Of a stretch of 64,000 bases of DNA, positions 19,593-29,018 are shown in pieces. Numbering within the stretch: the first letter of the stretch is position 1; the number at the start of each line of letters is the position of its first letter. The DNA comes from a virus, in the IMG/VR virus record IMGVR_UViG_3300009130_001805, positions 1-64,000 of that record; one strand, 5' to 3'. A program made the position numbers and the translations under genes. Below the pieces are notes generated by a model that saw only the letters and a program-made list of their open reading frames with translations, was not told the origin of the DNA and made no database searches.

Positions 19593-20078
19593 CTACAAAA
19601 TCTTAATTTTCTTGGGTTTCGCTGGCTCTTTTTTTGGTATCGTTATTAGTAATATACCATTATTGAAATCAGCCTTGATTTTTTTAGAATCAGTATTATC
19701 TCCTAATTTAAAAGACCTTTTGAATGAAGACCTTTTAAGTTCTTTTCTGATATACCTTGTTTTAGTATCAGTATCATAGTTATGTCTTAATCCTGATATG
19801 GTAAGGATATCTTTTTCTAGGTCAACCGAAACCTCTTCTTTTGATAGGCCGGGGATCTCTGCCTCAATCGTTATTTTTTCGTCGTGATCAATAGCGTCAA
19901 TCTTGGGGTAACTATTTTTTTCAAAAAACTCTAGACCAAACTCTTGACTGAAACTTGGAAAAGCTTTAGAGATTACGTTATCAAACATCGCATCAAAAGG
20001 CGTGAGAAATTCATCTCTACTGAATGATGCTACTGTGGGCGACGCCTTTCGGCTTTTGGTAATAATATTATGTGTCAT
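19593..20078 (-). CDS. Small heat shock protein (Hsp20/alpha-crystallin)
   Basis: YPKID, IEAEIPGLSKEEVSV, LTISG, SFKRSF, IKADFNNGILLITIPK. Confidence 0.93.
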   Translation of the reverse strand: MTHNIITKSRKASPTVASFSRDEFLTPFDAMFDNVISKAFPSFSQEFGLEFFEKNSYPKIDAIDHDEKITIEAEIPGLSKEEVSVDLEKDILTISGLRHNYDTDTKTRYIRKELKRSSFKRSFKLGDNTDSKKIKADFNNGILLITIPKKEPAKPKKIKIL

Positions 20079-20148
20079 TTTAACTCTGTTTTGATGTTTA
20101 TAAGCCCTTTTAGGTGCTTGAAAGCCTCTTTTGAGTACTTCTAATATT

Positions 20149-20176
20149 ATTATAACACAACTCGTGCCAAAATCAA
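20149..20176 (-). promoter_or_regulatory. hsp20 promoter: TTGATT-N16-TATAAT with extended -10; spacer contains TGGCACG
   Basis: Minus strand ttgattttggcacgagttgtgttataat. Confidence 0.6.
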
Positions 20177-20700
20177 ATTTTATTTTTCGTTAAAATGTAT
20201 GTTGATACTATTTTTGTATGGTCATTAAAGAAATTATTGATCTCTTTCTCACTGCTATTTGGCCAACACATCCAGTGCCAATCTTGAAGATCGCTAAAGC
20301 CTTTTACTAGAATTATAGCTACGTCAGTTTTTTTTAAATTTTTAAAATTAATTTTTTTAATTAAGAAATTATTTTTGCGAAGATATTTTTTTAGCTCTAG
20401 TGGACAAGTTATCTTTGTGAACTCGTGTGATATAATCCCCATTATTTCTCTATAGTGGGTGTGATCTGAATCTTGGATTTCAATGCCTATCTGTATTGGA
20501 TTTTTATTTATACCGAAGTGGGATAAAGCTTGGCTGATCGCAAGAGGCCCACAGCTCACTAAGTGGCAATACTCGTAGCCCTTAAGTCTGTAGGCCTTAT
20601 GTTTTTCAGACTCTTTTGTGAAATACAGTGGGCCGCACCCGAGCGAAAAAAAGAAAAAAGTTAGGATTGTAATTTTAAGCGTGAGTTTAAGCATATTCAT
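20173..20700 (-). CDS. C39-like cysteine peptidase, possible lipoprotein
   Basis: SCGPLAI nucleophile motif, HW; hydrophobic leader ending in LGC; start placed 9 nt after a GTGTA motif. Confidence 0.6.
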   Translation of the reverse strand: MNMLKLTLKITILTFFFFSLGCGPLYFTKESEKHKAYRLKGYEYCHLVSCGPLAISQALSHFGINKNPIQIGIEIQDSDHTHYREIMGIISHEFTKITCPLELKKYLRKNNFLIKKINFKNLKKTDVAIILVKGFSDLQDWHWMCWPNSSEKEINNFFNDHTKIVSTYILTKNKI

Positions 20701-20725
20701 ACATGTGAATACACTCTTCATCTTA

Positions 20726-21643
20726 TCACTCCTTTAAGCTTTCTGGTGAATCTTGCCTAATTAAAAAGGGGAAGTTCTTGTTGAAAGATTTTTTATTTCT
20801 TGAAACTTTTAAATTACCTGTGACCGCCGAAGTTTCTATTGGTAGGTTTAATATCTCAGGTATTGATGGGGGTTTGATGGATGGATCTAGCGCCCACATA
20901 ATTCTGTGTTCTTTTGCCCACCTTTCAATTCTCCTCACTGGAACCATTAGGTTAAAACCTTCTCCTGCGCCTCTCACTATCATTCCTACGTATTCACCTG
21001 TCTGTAAGTAAACTCCACCTCCTGATGAGCCCGGAAATGCTGTAACAGTAGTTTGATCAAATTCAACTTTTCCGTGGATTCTGCCAACTTGAGAGATTAT
21101 ACCACTAGTCATACTATTGGACCCCATTTGTCCAAGTAAAGATCCTACGTGAAATAGTCTGGTTCCTATGGGTATGATGGGTTCATCTTTGTTTAGATAA
21201 AATTTGGCGCTATCTTTGCCATAGTCAAGGGCTCTGACCATGAGTAGAGCTAAATCTTCTCCGTCGTCTGCGTCGCTGTATTTAATTACAACTGCGTCCA
21301 TTTTTATTTCTCCGACCCTTCTGCCGCCTTCAATTAATTCTTTAATTATTTGAACGTCTCCAAACTCAACTAATTTTTTAGGGTTTCCATCTTCGATAAC
21401 AGTCCTAACAGATCTAAGGTTATCAACAACATGTGCGCAAGTCCAAACAAAGGTAACTGTATCCTTGCCTATTTTTCTGGTAATGAGTACTCCAGAGCCT
21501 TCTGATTTACTGTGGTAGTTTTGAGACCTTATTGTTACGGATATATCTTGTAAGTGTTTTGAAACTTTCCTTCTTTCTTCTGGATTTATAGCTAAACAGG
21601 GGAGTTGCGAGCATACCGCAATAAATAACAATAGAGTTTTCAT
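20726..21643 (-). CDS. Trypsin-like serine protease with signal peptide
   Basis: GSGVLI, TCAHV, DLALL, PGSSGG catalytic triad motifs. Confidence 0.88.
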   Translation of the reverse strand: MKTLLLFIAVCSQLPCLAINPEERRKVSKHLQDISVTIRSQNYHSKSEGSGVLITRKIGKDTVTFVWTCAHVVDNLRSVRTVIEDGNPKKLVEFGDVQIIKELIEGGRRVGEIKMDAVVIKYSDADDGEDLALLMVRALDYGKDSAKFYLNKDEPIIPIGTRLFHVGSLLGQMGSNSMTSGIISQVGRIHGKVEFDQTTVTAFPGSSGGGVYLQTGEYVGMIVRGAGEGFNLMVPVRRIERWAKEHRIMWALDPSIKPPSIPEILNLPIETSAVTGNLKVSRNKKSFNKNFPFLIRQDSPESLKE

Positions 21644-21716
21644 AACTAGTTGGGTTTTAGGTTTTACTAAGTTCTAGTTATGATTACACAAGCTAAAAGC
21701 CTGTTCGTTTTATTTT

Positions 21717-22730
21717 TTAAAAATCGTCTTCTAGAGATCCGTTTTGCTGATAGTCTCTGGATCTTCTTTCAAAGAAATTACCCATAGCTTGAACATCAAC
21801 AACTTCGCCTAACCAAGGGAAGGGGTTGTTGTCGCTTGGAAATCTATAATCAAGACCTATTGACTCTAGCCGGCGGTTGCCAATGTAGTGCATATAGTCT
21901 ATGAACATTTCTGCATTTAAGCCTAATATGCCTGTCGGTAAAACATCTCTAGCATATGCAATCTCAAGCTCTACGGCTTTCTTGATATGCTCGACAAATT
22001 CTTCTTGTATTTTCTTTGTCCAGATAGAAGGGTTTTGCTCTATTAAGGTATTAATTAGATACACTCCGAAAGCTATATGAGAGCTTTCGTCTCTTAGGGT
22101 ATACTTAATTTGATCTGAAATTCCTTGAAGCTTGTTCTGCCTCCCTAATGCGAGTAGCATAGCGAATCCACTAAAGAAGAAAGTCCCCTCGCAGACAATC
22201 CAGTAAGTTAGGAAATTTCTCAAAATTTCTTGCTTGCCTTCTTTGGAGTGAGCGTTAAAATCTTGCCTGCTTATATCATTGGTGATCTCCATTAAGAAAT
22301 CATCTTTAGCTTTAATGCTAGGTATATTTTCGTACGCAGCGAAAACTTCATCTATATCTAGATCTAAACTATCACAAATGTATACTACCGTGAGATTGTG
22401 AAGACTTTCTTCAAACGCTTGGCGCAATATGTACTGGCGGCATTCAGCGTCAGTAATATATCTAAAGGCACTAAGAAGAAGATTGTTACCAACCAAAGAC
22501 TCACTTCCAGCAAAAAATCCAAGACAGCGTTTAACAAGTAATTTTTCATCTTCTGTAATCTCATTGTTTTTCCATTGTTTTATATCCTGCTGCATTGATA
22601 TTTCTGTGGGCATCCAGTTGTTTGCGCAGCTCTTAAGAAACAATTCCCAAGCGTATTTGTGTTTATGTGGAAGTATTCTGTTTACTCCAGCTATATTTTT
22701 AGTTAATAATTCTCCGGTTTTGTCTTCCAT
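21717..22730 (-). CDS. nrdB: Ribonucleotide reductase beta subunit (class Ic-like)
   Basis: NNWMPTEI, FFAGSESLVGNN, RQAFEESLH, EGTFFFSGF, RDESSH, NFFERR..DY. Confidence 0.93.
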   Translation of the reverse strand: MEDKTGELLTKNIAGVNRILPHKHKYAWELFLKSCANNWMPTEISMQQDIKQWKNNEITEDEKLLVKRCLGFFAGSESLVGNNLLLSAFRYITDAECRQYILRQAFEESLHNLTVVYICDSLDLDIDEVFAAYENIPSIKAKDDFLMEITNDISRQDFNAHSKEGKQEILRNFLTYWIVCEGTFFFSGFAMLLALGRQNKLQGISDQIKYTLRDESSHIAFGVYLINTLIEQNPSIWTKKIQEEFVEHIKKAVELEIAYARDVLPTGILGLNAEMFIDYMHYIGNRRLESIGLDYRFPSDNNPFPWLGEVVDVQAMGNFFERRSRDYQQNGSLEDDF

Positions 22731-22754
22731 TTTTTCTTATGTGTTTATGATTGT

Positions 22755-23183
22755 TTAAATACAACGAATATTTTCTAAAGAGAGTTTAATATTTTTTTTA
22801 ATTTGTGGGTCCATGGGTTGGGGTAAATTTTCTGGAGAGAAAAAACCATATTCATCGTGCTCAAAGTTTATCTTGACTTTGGGTAGGTAATCAATAGATA
22901 GGGCGTATGCCCAAAAGTCGTATCTATTATATGTTTTGTATTTTCTTATAAATATTGGATCTCCTTTGATTTCTATACATGTTTCCTCTTTCATTTCTCT
23001 TACTGCGGCATCGAGGGGCGACTCGCCTTGCTCGATGCGACCGCCAAATAAAGACCAATTTCCTCCAAATGGAACTTTTTCTCCTTTATAAAATTCAATT
23101 CTCCTGCCTAGAAGGATTGAACTTTTACAAAAAAGAGCAATGGCTGCAGCCTTCTTATTGGCAGCTTTCACATGTTCCACCAT
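22755..23183 (-). CDS. Nudix hydrolase
   Basis: Nudix box GGRIEQGESPLDAAVREMKEET. Confidence 0.88.
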   Translation of the reverse strand: MVEHVKAANKKAAAIALFCKSSILLGRRIEFYKGEKVPFGGNWSLFGGRIEQGESPLDAAVREMKEETCIEIKGDPIFIRKYKTYNRYDFWAYALSIDYLPKVKINFEHDEYGFFSPENLPQPMDPQIKKNIKLSLENIRCI

Positions 23184-25605
23184 TTGCCATAGCCTCTAGG
23201 CTACAAGCAGAAGCTTCTGTGTTTGGTTTGGCTTCGGAGTCTGTTGATTTTTCAACTTTACTTGCAGCCCTATTTCTTAAGTAGTAAGTTGTCTTGAGTC
23301 CAGCTTCCCAGCATGCAGTATAAATATCATTTAAATATTTTAATGATGTGTTTTTATTGTAAAGGTTGAAGCTGATTGCTTGGTCTAACCATTTTTGTCT
23401 GACTGCGTTACACTCTATTAGTTTAAACATATCCCTGTCGAAGGCTGTTTTGTACTTATCTTTTACCCAAGAGGGTATTTCACCATTAAGGAGGTTAATA
23501 TCTCCGTCTACATTTTTAACCATTTTAGATAAATCATCAGACCATAACCCTAGATTTTTCATATCTTTTACAAAATAAGGGTTTGTTATATAAGAATTTC
23601 CGCTTTTATTTTCATAAACAAACAAAACTGAAAAATTTGGCTCGATACTCTGTTCCACTCCATTTATATAGCCAATAGTTGCAGTCGGTGCGATTGCCAT
23701 GGTGTTGGAATTTCTCATTCCATGTTCTTTTATTAGACCTCTAACATCCGTCCAATCAAAATTAGTTTTTTGAGATCGTTTTTTTCCTCGATAATCCATG
23801 AGGTTATTCCAGCTATCTAGTGGAAGTATGTCTTGATCCCAGAGTGACCCGGAAAAAGACTTATAAGCACCTCTTTCCTTTGCAAGCAAAGCGCTAGATC
23901 TTATTGCGTGTAAACTAAAATACTCAAATAGTTTGTCATTGAATGACACGCTATCTTTTGAATCTATATTGATATTGAGAGTATGAAGGACGTCGTGAAT
24001 GCCCATCATACCAAGGCCTATTGGTCTATGAGTTAGATTTGAATTAGCAGACTCCTTGGTTGGATAAAAATTTAAATCTATAACATTATCAAGCATTCTT
24101 ATTGCTGTAGAAATAGTACTTGATAATAATGTCCAGTCGATATCAACTCGTGATACTGAGCCATCTCTTTTATATAAGGTTCTCAGATGGTTTAAAAGAT
24201 TAATTGAACCTAGATTACATACTGCAGTTTCCCCAACTTCCTCCTTCTCTCCATTTTTGTACTTAGAGGGTTTTGTGTGCAATGTTATTTCTGTACACAA
24301 ATTAGAGCTATTAACTGGACCTTCGTGCTGATTGGTGTATCTAATATTGCAGGAGTCCTTAAAAGTATTCCACGGATGAGAGGTTTCAAATAAAACTCTA
24401 AGCATTTTTTTCCACAGGTCTTTAGCTTTAATTTTTCTGAAAGACTTTATCTCGTTATCTTCCGCCTTGCGACAATAGTAAGCGTATTTTTTGTCAAAAT
24501 CTGCGCCAAAAAGACTGTGAAGATCTTTGCATTCGCTGGGGTCGAACATATACCAGTCATCTTCATTTTTAACCCTCCTCATGAATTCATCGGGTATCCA
24601 AGAGGCTGTATTCATGTCGTGGCATCTGATTCTGTCGTCACCAGTATTTTTTCTTAGATTCAAAAAATCTTCAAAATCTAAATGCCAAGGCTCTAGGTAA
24701 GCGCACCCAGCTCCGGGTCTTTTGCCGCCTTGGTTGACTGCAATTAATGTATCATTAAAGATTTTTAGCCAAGGAACTAGACCGCTTGATATGCCATTCG
24801 TTCCCTTTATGTGAGATCCGGTTGATCTAAAATTTGTTACATCTAGACCTAGCCCTCCGGCATATTTTGATTTTCTAGCCTCTTGCCAAACTCCATCAAA
24901 AATTCCATCTATACTATCATCAAAAGTATTTAGGTAGCAGGAGCTTAGTTGAGAGTGGGTGGTGCCGCTATTAAATAATGTTGGAGTCGAGGGCGTATAC
25001 ATGAATTGACTCATTAAATTATAAAACTCAATAGCTTTATCATCTTTATCTTTTTCGTTAATTGCTAGACCCATAGCAACCCTCATCCAAAAAGATTGTG
25101 GAGCTTCAAGTATTTTCCCTTCGGATCTTATTAGGTATCTATCAAAAATAGTCTGTATCCCTAGGTATTTAAAGGACTTGTCTCTGGATATACATAAAGA
25201 CTCTGATAGCTTTTTTAAATCAAAAGATAAAAGATCCTTAGAAAGTCTGCCAAGAGAAACTAGAGATTTGACATTTTGTATAAAACTCTTTCTGTACTGC
25301 AATTCAAAGGCGTCTGAGTCGACACCCTCCTTAAATACTTCTTTGTATAAGCAATTTAATAAAATTCTTGCTGCCGCGAATGAATAATTCGGCTCTTTTT
25401 CTATTTTTTCTCTGGCTGATAGGATGAGAGCCTTATCGATTTCTTGGGTTGTTATTTTGTCAAACAATTGAAGTTTTGCATCTAAAACAATTTCACTGGC
25501 GGATATATCATCTATGTCCTCGCAGGCCCTAATTGCGCATGCGTTAATCTTGTCGACGTTAAACTCTTGCAAGCGTCCGTTTCTTTTTTTTACTTTAATG
25601 TCCAT
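23155..25605 (-). CDS. nrdA: Ribonucleotide reductase class I alpha subunit with ATP cone
   Basis: VKKRNG ATP cone, TPTLFN, LSSCY, NQGGKRPG, SNLCTEI, CNLGS, APTA, KTTYYLR, C-terminal CESC. Confidence 0.95.
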   Translation of the reverse strand: MDIKVKKRNGRLQEFNVDKINACAIRACEDIDDISASEIVLDAKLQLFDKITTQEIDKALILSAREKIEKEPNYSFAAARILLNCLYKEVFKEGVDSDAFELQYRKSFIQNVKSLVSLGRLSKDLLSFDLKKLSESLCISRDKSFKYLGIQTIFDRYLIRSEGKILEAPQSFWMRVAMGLAINEKDKDDKAIEFYNLMSQFMYTPSTPTLFNSGTTHSQLSSCYLNTFDDSIDGIFDGVWQEARKSKYAGGLGLDVTNFRSTGSHIKGTNGISSGLVPWLKIFNDTLIAVNQGGKRPGAGCAYLEPWHLDFEDFLNLRKNTGDDRIRCHDMNTASWIPDEFMRRVKNEDDWYMFDPSECKDLHSLFGADFDKKYAYYCRKAEDNEIKSFRKIKAKDLWKKMLRVLFETSHPWNTFKDSCNIRYTNQHEGPVNSSNLCTEITLHTKPSKYKNGEKEEVGETAVCNLGSINLLNHLRTLYKRDGSVSRVDIDWTLLSSTISTAIRMLDNVIDLNFYPTKESANSNLTHRPIGLGMMGIHDVLHTLNINIDSKDSVSFNDKLFEYFSLHAIRSSALLAKERGAYKSFSGSLWDQDILPLDSWNNLMDYRGKKRSQKTNFDWTDVRGLIKEHGMRNSNTMAIAPTATIGYINGVEQSIEPNFSVLFVYENKSGNSYITNPYFVKDMKNLGLWSDDLSKMVKNVDGDINLLNGEIPSWVKDKYKTAFDRDMFKLIECNAVRQKWLDQAISFNLYNKNTSLKYLNDIYTACWEAGLKTTYYLRNRAASKVEKSTDSEAKPNTEASACSLEAMANGGTCESCQ

Positions 25606-25666
25606 CGGTTTCTTTACACGAATAATAGCATATTATTGGAGAGATATCAAGAATAAAATTAGGATG

Positions 25667-26362
25667 TTAATAACATTCTGCATTACTAGGCTTAAAAAAT
25701 TTGCAACGGTTATAAAGATCATTAAATTGACTGCGCCTTGGGGTGTCGAAATAATCCTCGAGCTCTTTGTTTGCTCGAATTTTACTTGACTTTTTAACTT
25801 TAGAACAATCGAAAGATAAATTTTTCATTTTACTTAATGTTTTGATGTAGTTTGAAAACTCATTGAATGAATCGCAAATATTTTCGTATTCAACGATAGC
25901 CACATTCTCCTCTGGTAGTAATTTGACTTGGCTATTTATATAAAGAAGGTTATCTTCTTGAACTCTAGCAGCATGCAGGAGCGTCATTCCATTATGCTTA
26001 TCAAATCTTTCCCAAGAGGATAAAGTTGATTGCACAATATCTCTTAAGCAAATTATAAAAAAAAGTTTTAAATTAAAATTTTTAGAAAATAAATCATTAA
26101 ACAGTTTTATGTCAAATCTTCTCAAGGGGTCAAGTGGTCTATTGTATGGGAATGACGCTCTTTCTATGTGGTCTAAGTTTGGATGGGATGTTAAGTAATT
26201 ATTTATTTCACTCTCCTTGGTTTTATTTGAATGAAATGAAGATTTGTTAGAGAAGTAATCTAGTAATAAATCATGAAATACTTTGTCTTGTTTGAATGAG
26301 CAAGTTTCTGCGAATAGATGATGCCCTGAGCCTTCATTGCCGATTAAGAACAATATATTCAT
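25667..26362 (-). CDS. Sulfotransferase-like P-loop protein
   Basis: FLIGNEGSGHHL (5'-PSB-like), CLRD....LSS (3'-PB-like), VEYENI. Confidence 0.6.
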   Translation of the reverse strand: MNILFLIGNEGSGHHLFAETCSFKQDKVFHDLLLDYFSNKSSFHSNKTKESEINNYLTSHPNLDHIERASFPYNRPLDPLRRFDIKLFNDLFSKNFNLKLFFIICLRDIVQSTLSSWERFDKHNGMTLLHAARVQEDNLLYINSQVKLLPEENVAIVEYENICDSFNEFSNYIKTLSKMKNLSFDCSKVKKSSKIRANKELEDYFDTPRRSQFNDLYNRCKFFKPSNAECY

Positions 26363-27009
26363 TGGGCCTTATTGCTTTTGGTTAAAATTGATTCTGTGGA
26401 CCCTGAGCAAAATCTATATATATGCAGCGCGTCGTTTTCTAGGTAAATACTAGAGGATACTTTGGGGTAAAGCCTTTTGAGCCAATCTATGTCTTCCATG
26501 GATTGACCTGAGTCCCCGCTTGAATATACGCCTTTAAAAGATTCTGACCGAGCTAGGGAAGATTTCCAAACGCACCAGTGATATGGTGGGCGAAGGGTGT
26601 CTTTATACTTGCCTGTGAAAGGGTTTATTCTTACGTCTTCATGTGGGTTGCCCATCTTTGCGAAAACCTTCGCTTCTAAACCATCTAAGTAACACTGCTG
26701 GTTAAATGAGATTACATCAGTATCTGGGTTGCTGGATATAGCTTTTATTATTTTTTTAATATAATCCTCGGATATGTCGTCATCATCATCCAGAAATGTG
26801 AGATGGCCACCTCTCGCAATATTCATGAGTTCATTTCTTTTTTCAAAAATATGCAATGATTTATTGTCTAGTAATGAGAGTATCTCTACTTCGTCACTTT
26901 CTCCTATTTGAGTTGATAATTTATTTAATAAAGGTAAGAATATCTCTAGCCTACTAGGTATAGATAGAATTAAAATACTTAACTTAATGTTGTTGGGATC
27001 TTTAGGCAT
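26359..27009 (-). CDS. Glycosyltransferase family 2
   Basis: LSILILS, KRNELM..ARG..LTFLDDDD, EDIDW. Confidence 0.82.
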   Translation of the reverse strand: MPKDPNNIKLSILILSIPSRLEIFLPLLNKLSTQIGESDEVEILSLLDNKSLHIFEKRNELMNIARGGHLTFLDDDDDISEDYIKKIIKAISSNPDTDVISFNQQCYLDGLEAKVFAKMGNPHEDVRINPFTGKYKDTLRPPYHWCVWKSSLARSESFKGVYSSGDSGQSMEDIDWLKRLYPKVSSSIYLENDALHIYRFCSGSTESILTKSNKAQ

Positions 27010-27673
27010 TGTATTCTCTGGTTATAAAGTCTTGAAAGTATTCTTCCGCATCTAGTATTCTTCCGCATCCAGCATAAACCTGACCGACAAAATGCTTGGG
27101 GTCTCTAATGCCCGGCAGTGGGATTTTTTGAAAAAAAGTGTCATGTGTGTGGGATTTAGATTTGACTATTGGGTATATAATATCTCTTAGGAAATTTTGG
27201 TCGACTTGCCAGAAGTTGCCTTTGTGATATTCCTCGCATAAATCTTTCATATTTTTAAGTAGACCATTGCGTACTCCCCACATGCCTCCGAGGATGGGGA
27301 CATTATGGAATTGGTGGTCTTTTATGATATGAAAATCTTTATCACTTTTCAACCATTCTTCTACCGCTAATTTCTCTCTGAACCATAATCTGGAATCACA
27401 GTCCCTTACAATAAGGGCGTCAACGCTTTGATCGCTTGCAGCCCAAAATCGCCAAAACATACCTTTCCAGTCGCCCTCTTCATCCATATTAATAATTTCA
27501 ACATTATTGAACTCCGAGAGGTAGGTTACTATATGTTCTGGGACGCTTTTTCCTACATAAAATCTGCATACCCAATCTGGGTAAACAGACTTAGCTAGGG
27601 AGGCATTATGTAATGCACCCATAGTATATCTAGGGTTATCACCCCACAGGCTGAAAGAGATTATTTTTTTCAA
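27002..27673 (-). CDS. Putative glycosyltransferase (GT-A-like)
   Basis: KKIISFSLWG, MFWRF, RDCD (DxD), ILGGMWG, DQNFL. Confidence 0.6.
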   Translation of the reverse strand: MKKIISFSLWGDNPRYTMGALHNASLAKSVYPDWVCRFYVGKSVPEHIVTYLSEFNNVEIINMDEEGDWKGMFWRFWAASDQSVDALIVRDCDSRLWFREKLAVEEWLKSDKDFHIIKDHQFHNVPILGGMWGVRNGLLKNMKDLCEEYHKGNFWQVDQNFLRDIIYPIVKSKSHTHDTFFQKIPLPGIRDPKHFVGQVYAGCGRILDAEEYFQDFITREYNA

Positions 27674-28356
27674 AACTTTTTTAAGCTGAAGGTTAAAAAG
27701 CCATCCCCACCTTGTTTTTCTTTACTGGTTAATAGTTTATTGAAATCTACAGCAGGCCAAACATAGGAGCAATTTATGTTGAATTTAGAGGATAGGGCTA
27801 GCTGTTTACTAATGGTGTTATGTTTATGTTGGGAGTGAGTTGCTATTATAAGGTTTTTAATTATCCCGGTATCTAGGTAGTCTTTTTTAAGGTCAAGGAT
27901 AACTTTGTCTTCAGACCCTTGGATGTCCATGTGGAGTAGGTCTATGGAGGTTAAACATTCGTTTTTAAGAATTTGCTTCAAGTTAAGTTCTGGACCAAAT
28001 TTTTTAAGATTGGGTTCAATGAATAATCCTCCCCAGTGGCTGGAGCAATTGTAGCCATTAAGCCTGAAGTTATTTTTACCCCATTCGTAAAGCGGTTTTT
28101 TTAATTCTACGGTTATGTTTCTGCCGTGTGGAAACTTTTGCCTAAAAAGCAAAGACCACATACAGCAATGGCTACCTAATTCAACCATTGTTGGTGTGTT
28201 GCTTTTTATGTTTTTTATAATTTTATAAAATTCGTTTTGTTCAGCATGGGGCATGCAGATACGCTTAAAGCTGTCAAATCCGGAGCAGATTTGTGGGTCT
28301 TTAAAGTCGGCAAAAAGAAGACCTTTGTATTTGTGTATGGTGCTTGACTTGTTCAC
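27670..28356 (-). CDS. FkbM-family SAM-dependent methyltransferase
   Basis: MVELGS, IDLLHMDIQGSE. Confidence 0.75.
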   Translation of the reverse strand: MNKSSTIHKYKGLLFADFKDPQICSGFDSFKRICMPHAEQNEFYKIIKNIKSNTPTMVELGSHCCMWSLLFRQKFPHGRNITVELKKPLYEWGKNNFRLNGYNCSSHWGGLFIEPNLKKFGPELNLKQILKNECLTSIDLLHMDIQGSEDKVILDLKKDYLDTGIIKNLIIATHSQHKHNTISKQLALSSKFNINCSYVWPAVDFNKLLTSKEKQGGDGFLTFSLKKF

Positions 28357-29018
28357 TTAGGGAATCCCTCGCTTTGTCTAGATAGGAAAGTTCTTTTATC
28401 TTCTTGGTCTAACTTTTCGTTCCTGAGGTAAAGCAGGTCATAACTTGTTTCGTTGTTTGGTACTGAGTGGTGTCTGTGTCTGATTATTATGTCGTTAAAA
28501 TATTTGTATTTACCTGTCTTTTTTAGGACGTCTGTGAATTCTCTATCACACCATAAGGATTTGTAAGAGGGGTGGTATATATACCCAAATCGATCATAGT
28601 ATTTTTTACCTAATATGGATAGAGTATTAAGGTTGGAGCCTTGTATTCCATCGTTAAACCATAACACCCCGTCTGTGTCAGGGAAGAATTCTTTCATGCA
28701 GTTTACAATGATTGAGCCAAAGCCATCTACTTCTGGGTACATGTCATCACTGGCTAACAGACAGATGTCAAAATCTACATCGTCCATATCCGCATTGACC
28801 GCCTCTATCTTAGATGCATTATCTCCATGGATAACTGTGGTATTACTGAAGCCTCTGAAATAAGCTTCCATCGCTGGGTTCTGGAATGATGGGTCGTCTT
28901 TATCGCAGGATATGATAAACTTTGTGTCTTTATGTCCACACATTCTTTGATACCTCTGGAAGACCTCCATGAACCTTCCGGCTCTATTTCTTGTTGGGAA
29001 TTTAATTAGTAACTTCAT
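28353..29018 (-). CDS. Glycosyltransferase (GT2-like)
   Basis: LLIKFPTRNR, KIEAVN, ASDDM, WCD.EF, HRH. Confidence 0.75.
   Translation of the reverse strand: MKLLIKFPTRNRAGRFMEVFQRYQRMCGHKDTKFIISCDKDDPSFQNPAMEAYFRGFSNTTVIHGDNASKIEAVNADMDDVDFDICLLASDDMYPEVDGFGSIIVNCMKEFFPDTDGVLWFNDGIQGSNLNTLSILGKKYYDRFGYIYHPSYKSLWCDREFTDVLKKTGKYKYFNDIIIRHRHHSVPNNETSYDLLYLRNEKLDQEDKRTFLSRQSEGFPK

Noticed and set aside
20102-20140. CIRCE operator upstream of hsp20
   Set aside because: Only partial resemblance; it lacks the TTAGCACTC-N9-GAGTGCTAA arms and spacing.
5815-25605. Inteins or introns in dnaE, dnaB, recA or nrdA
   Set aside because: Lengths are normal, motifs are contiguous, and I saw no splice-junction or homing-endonuclease signatures.
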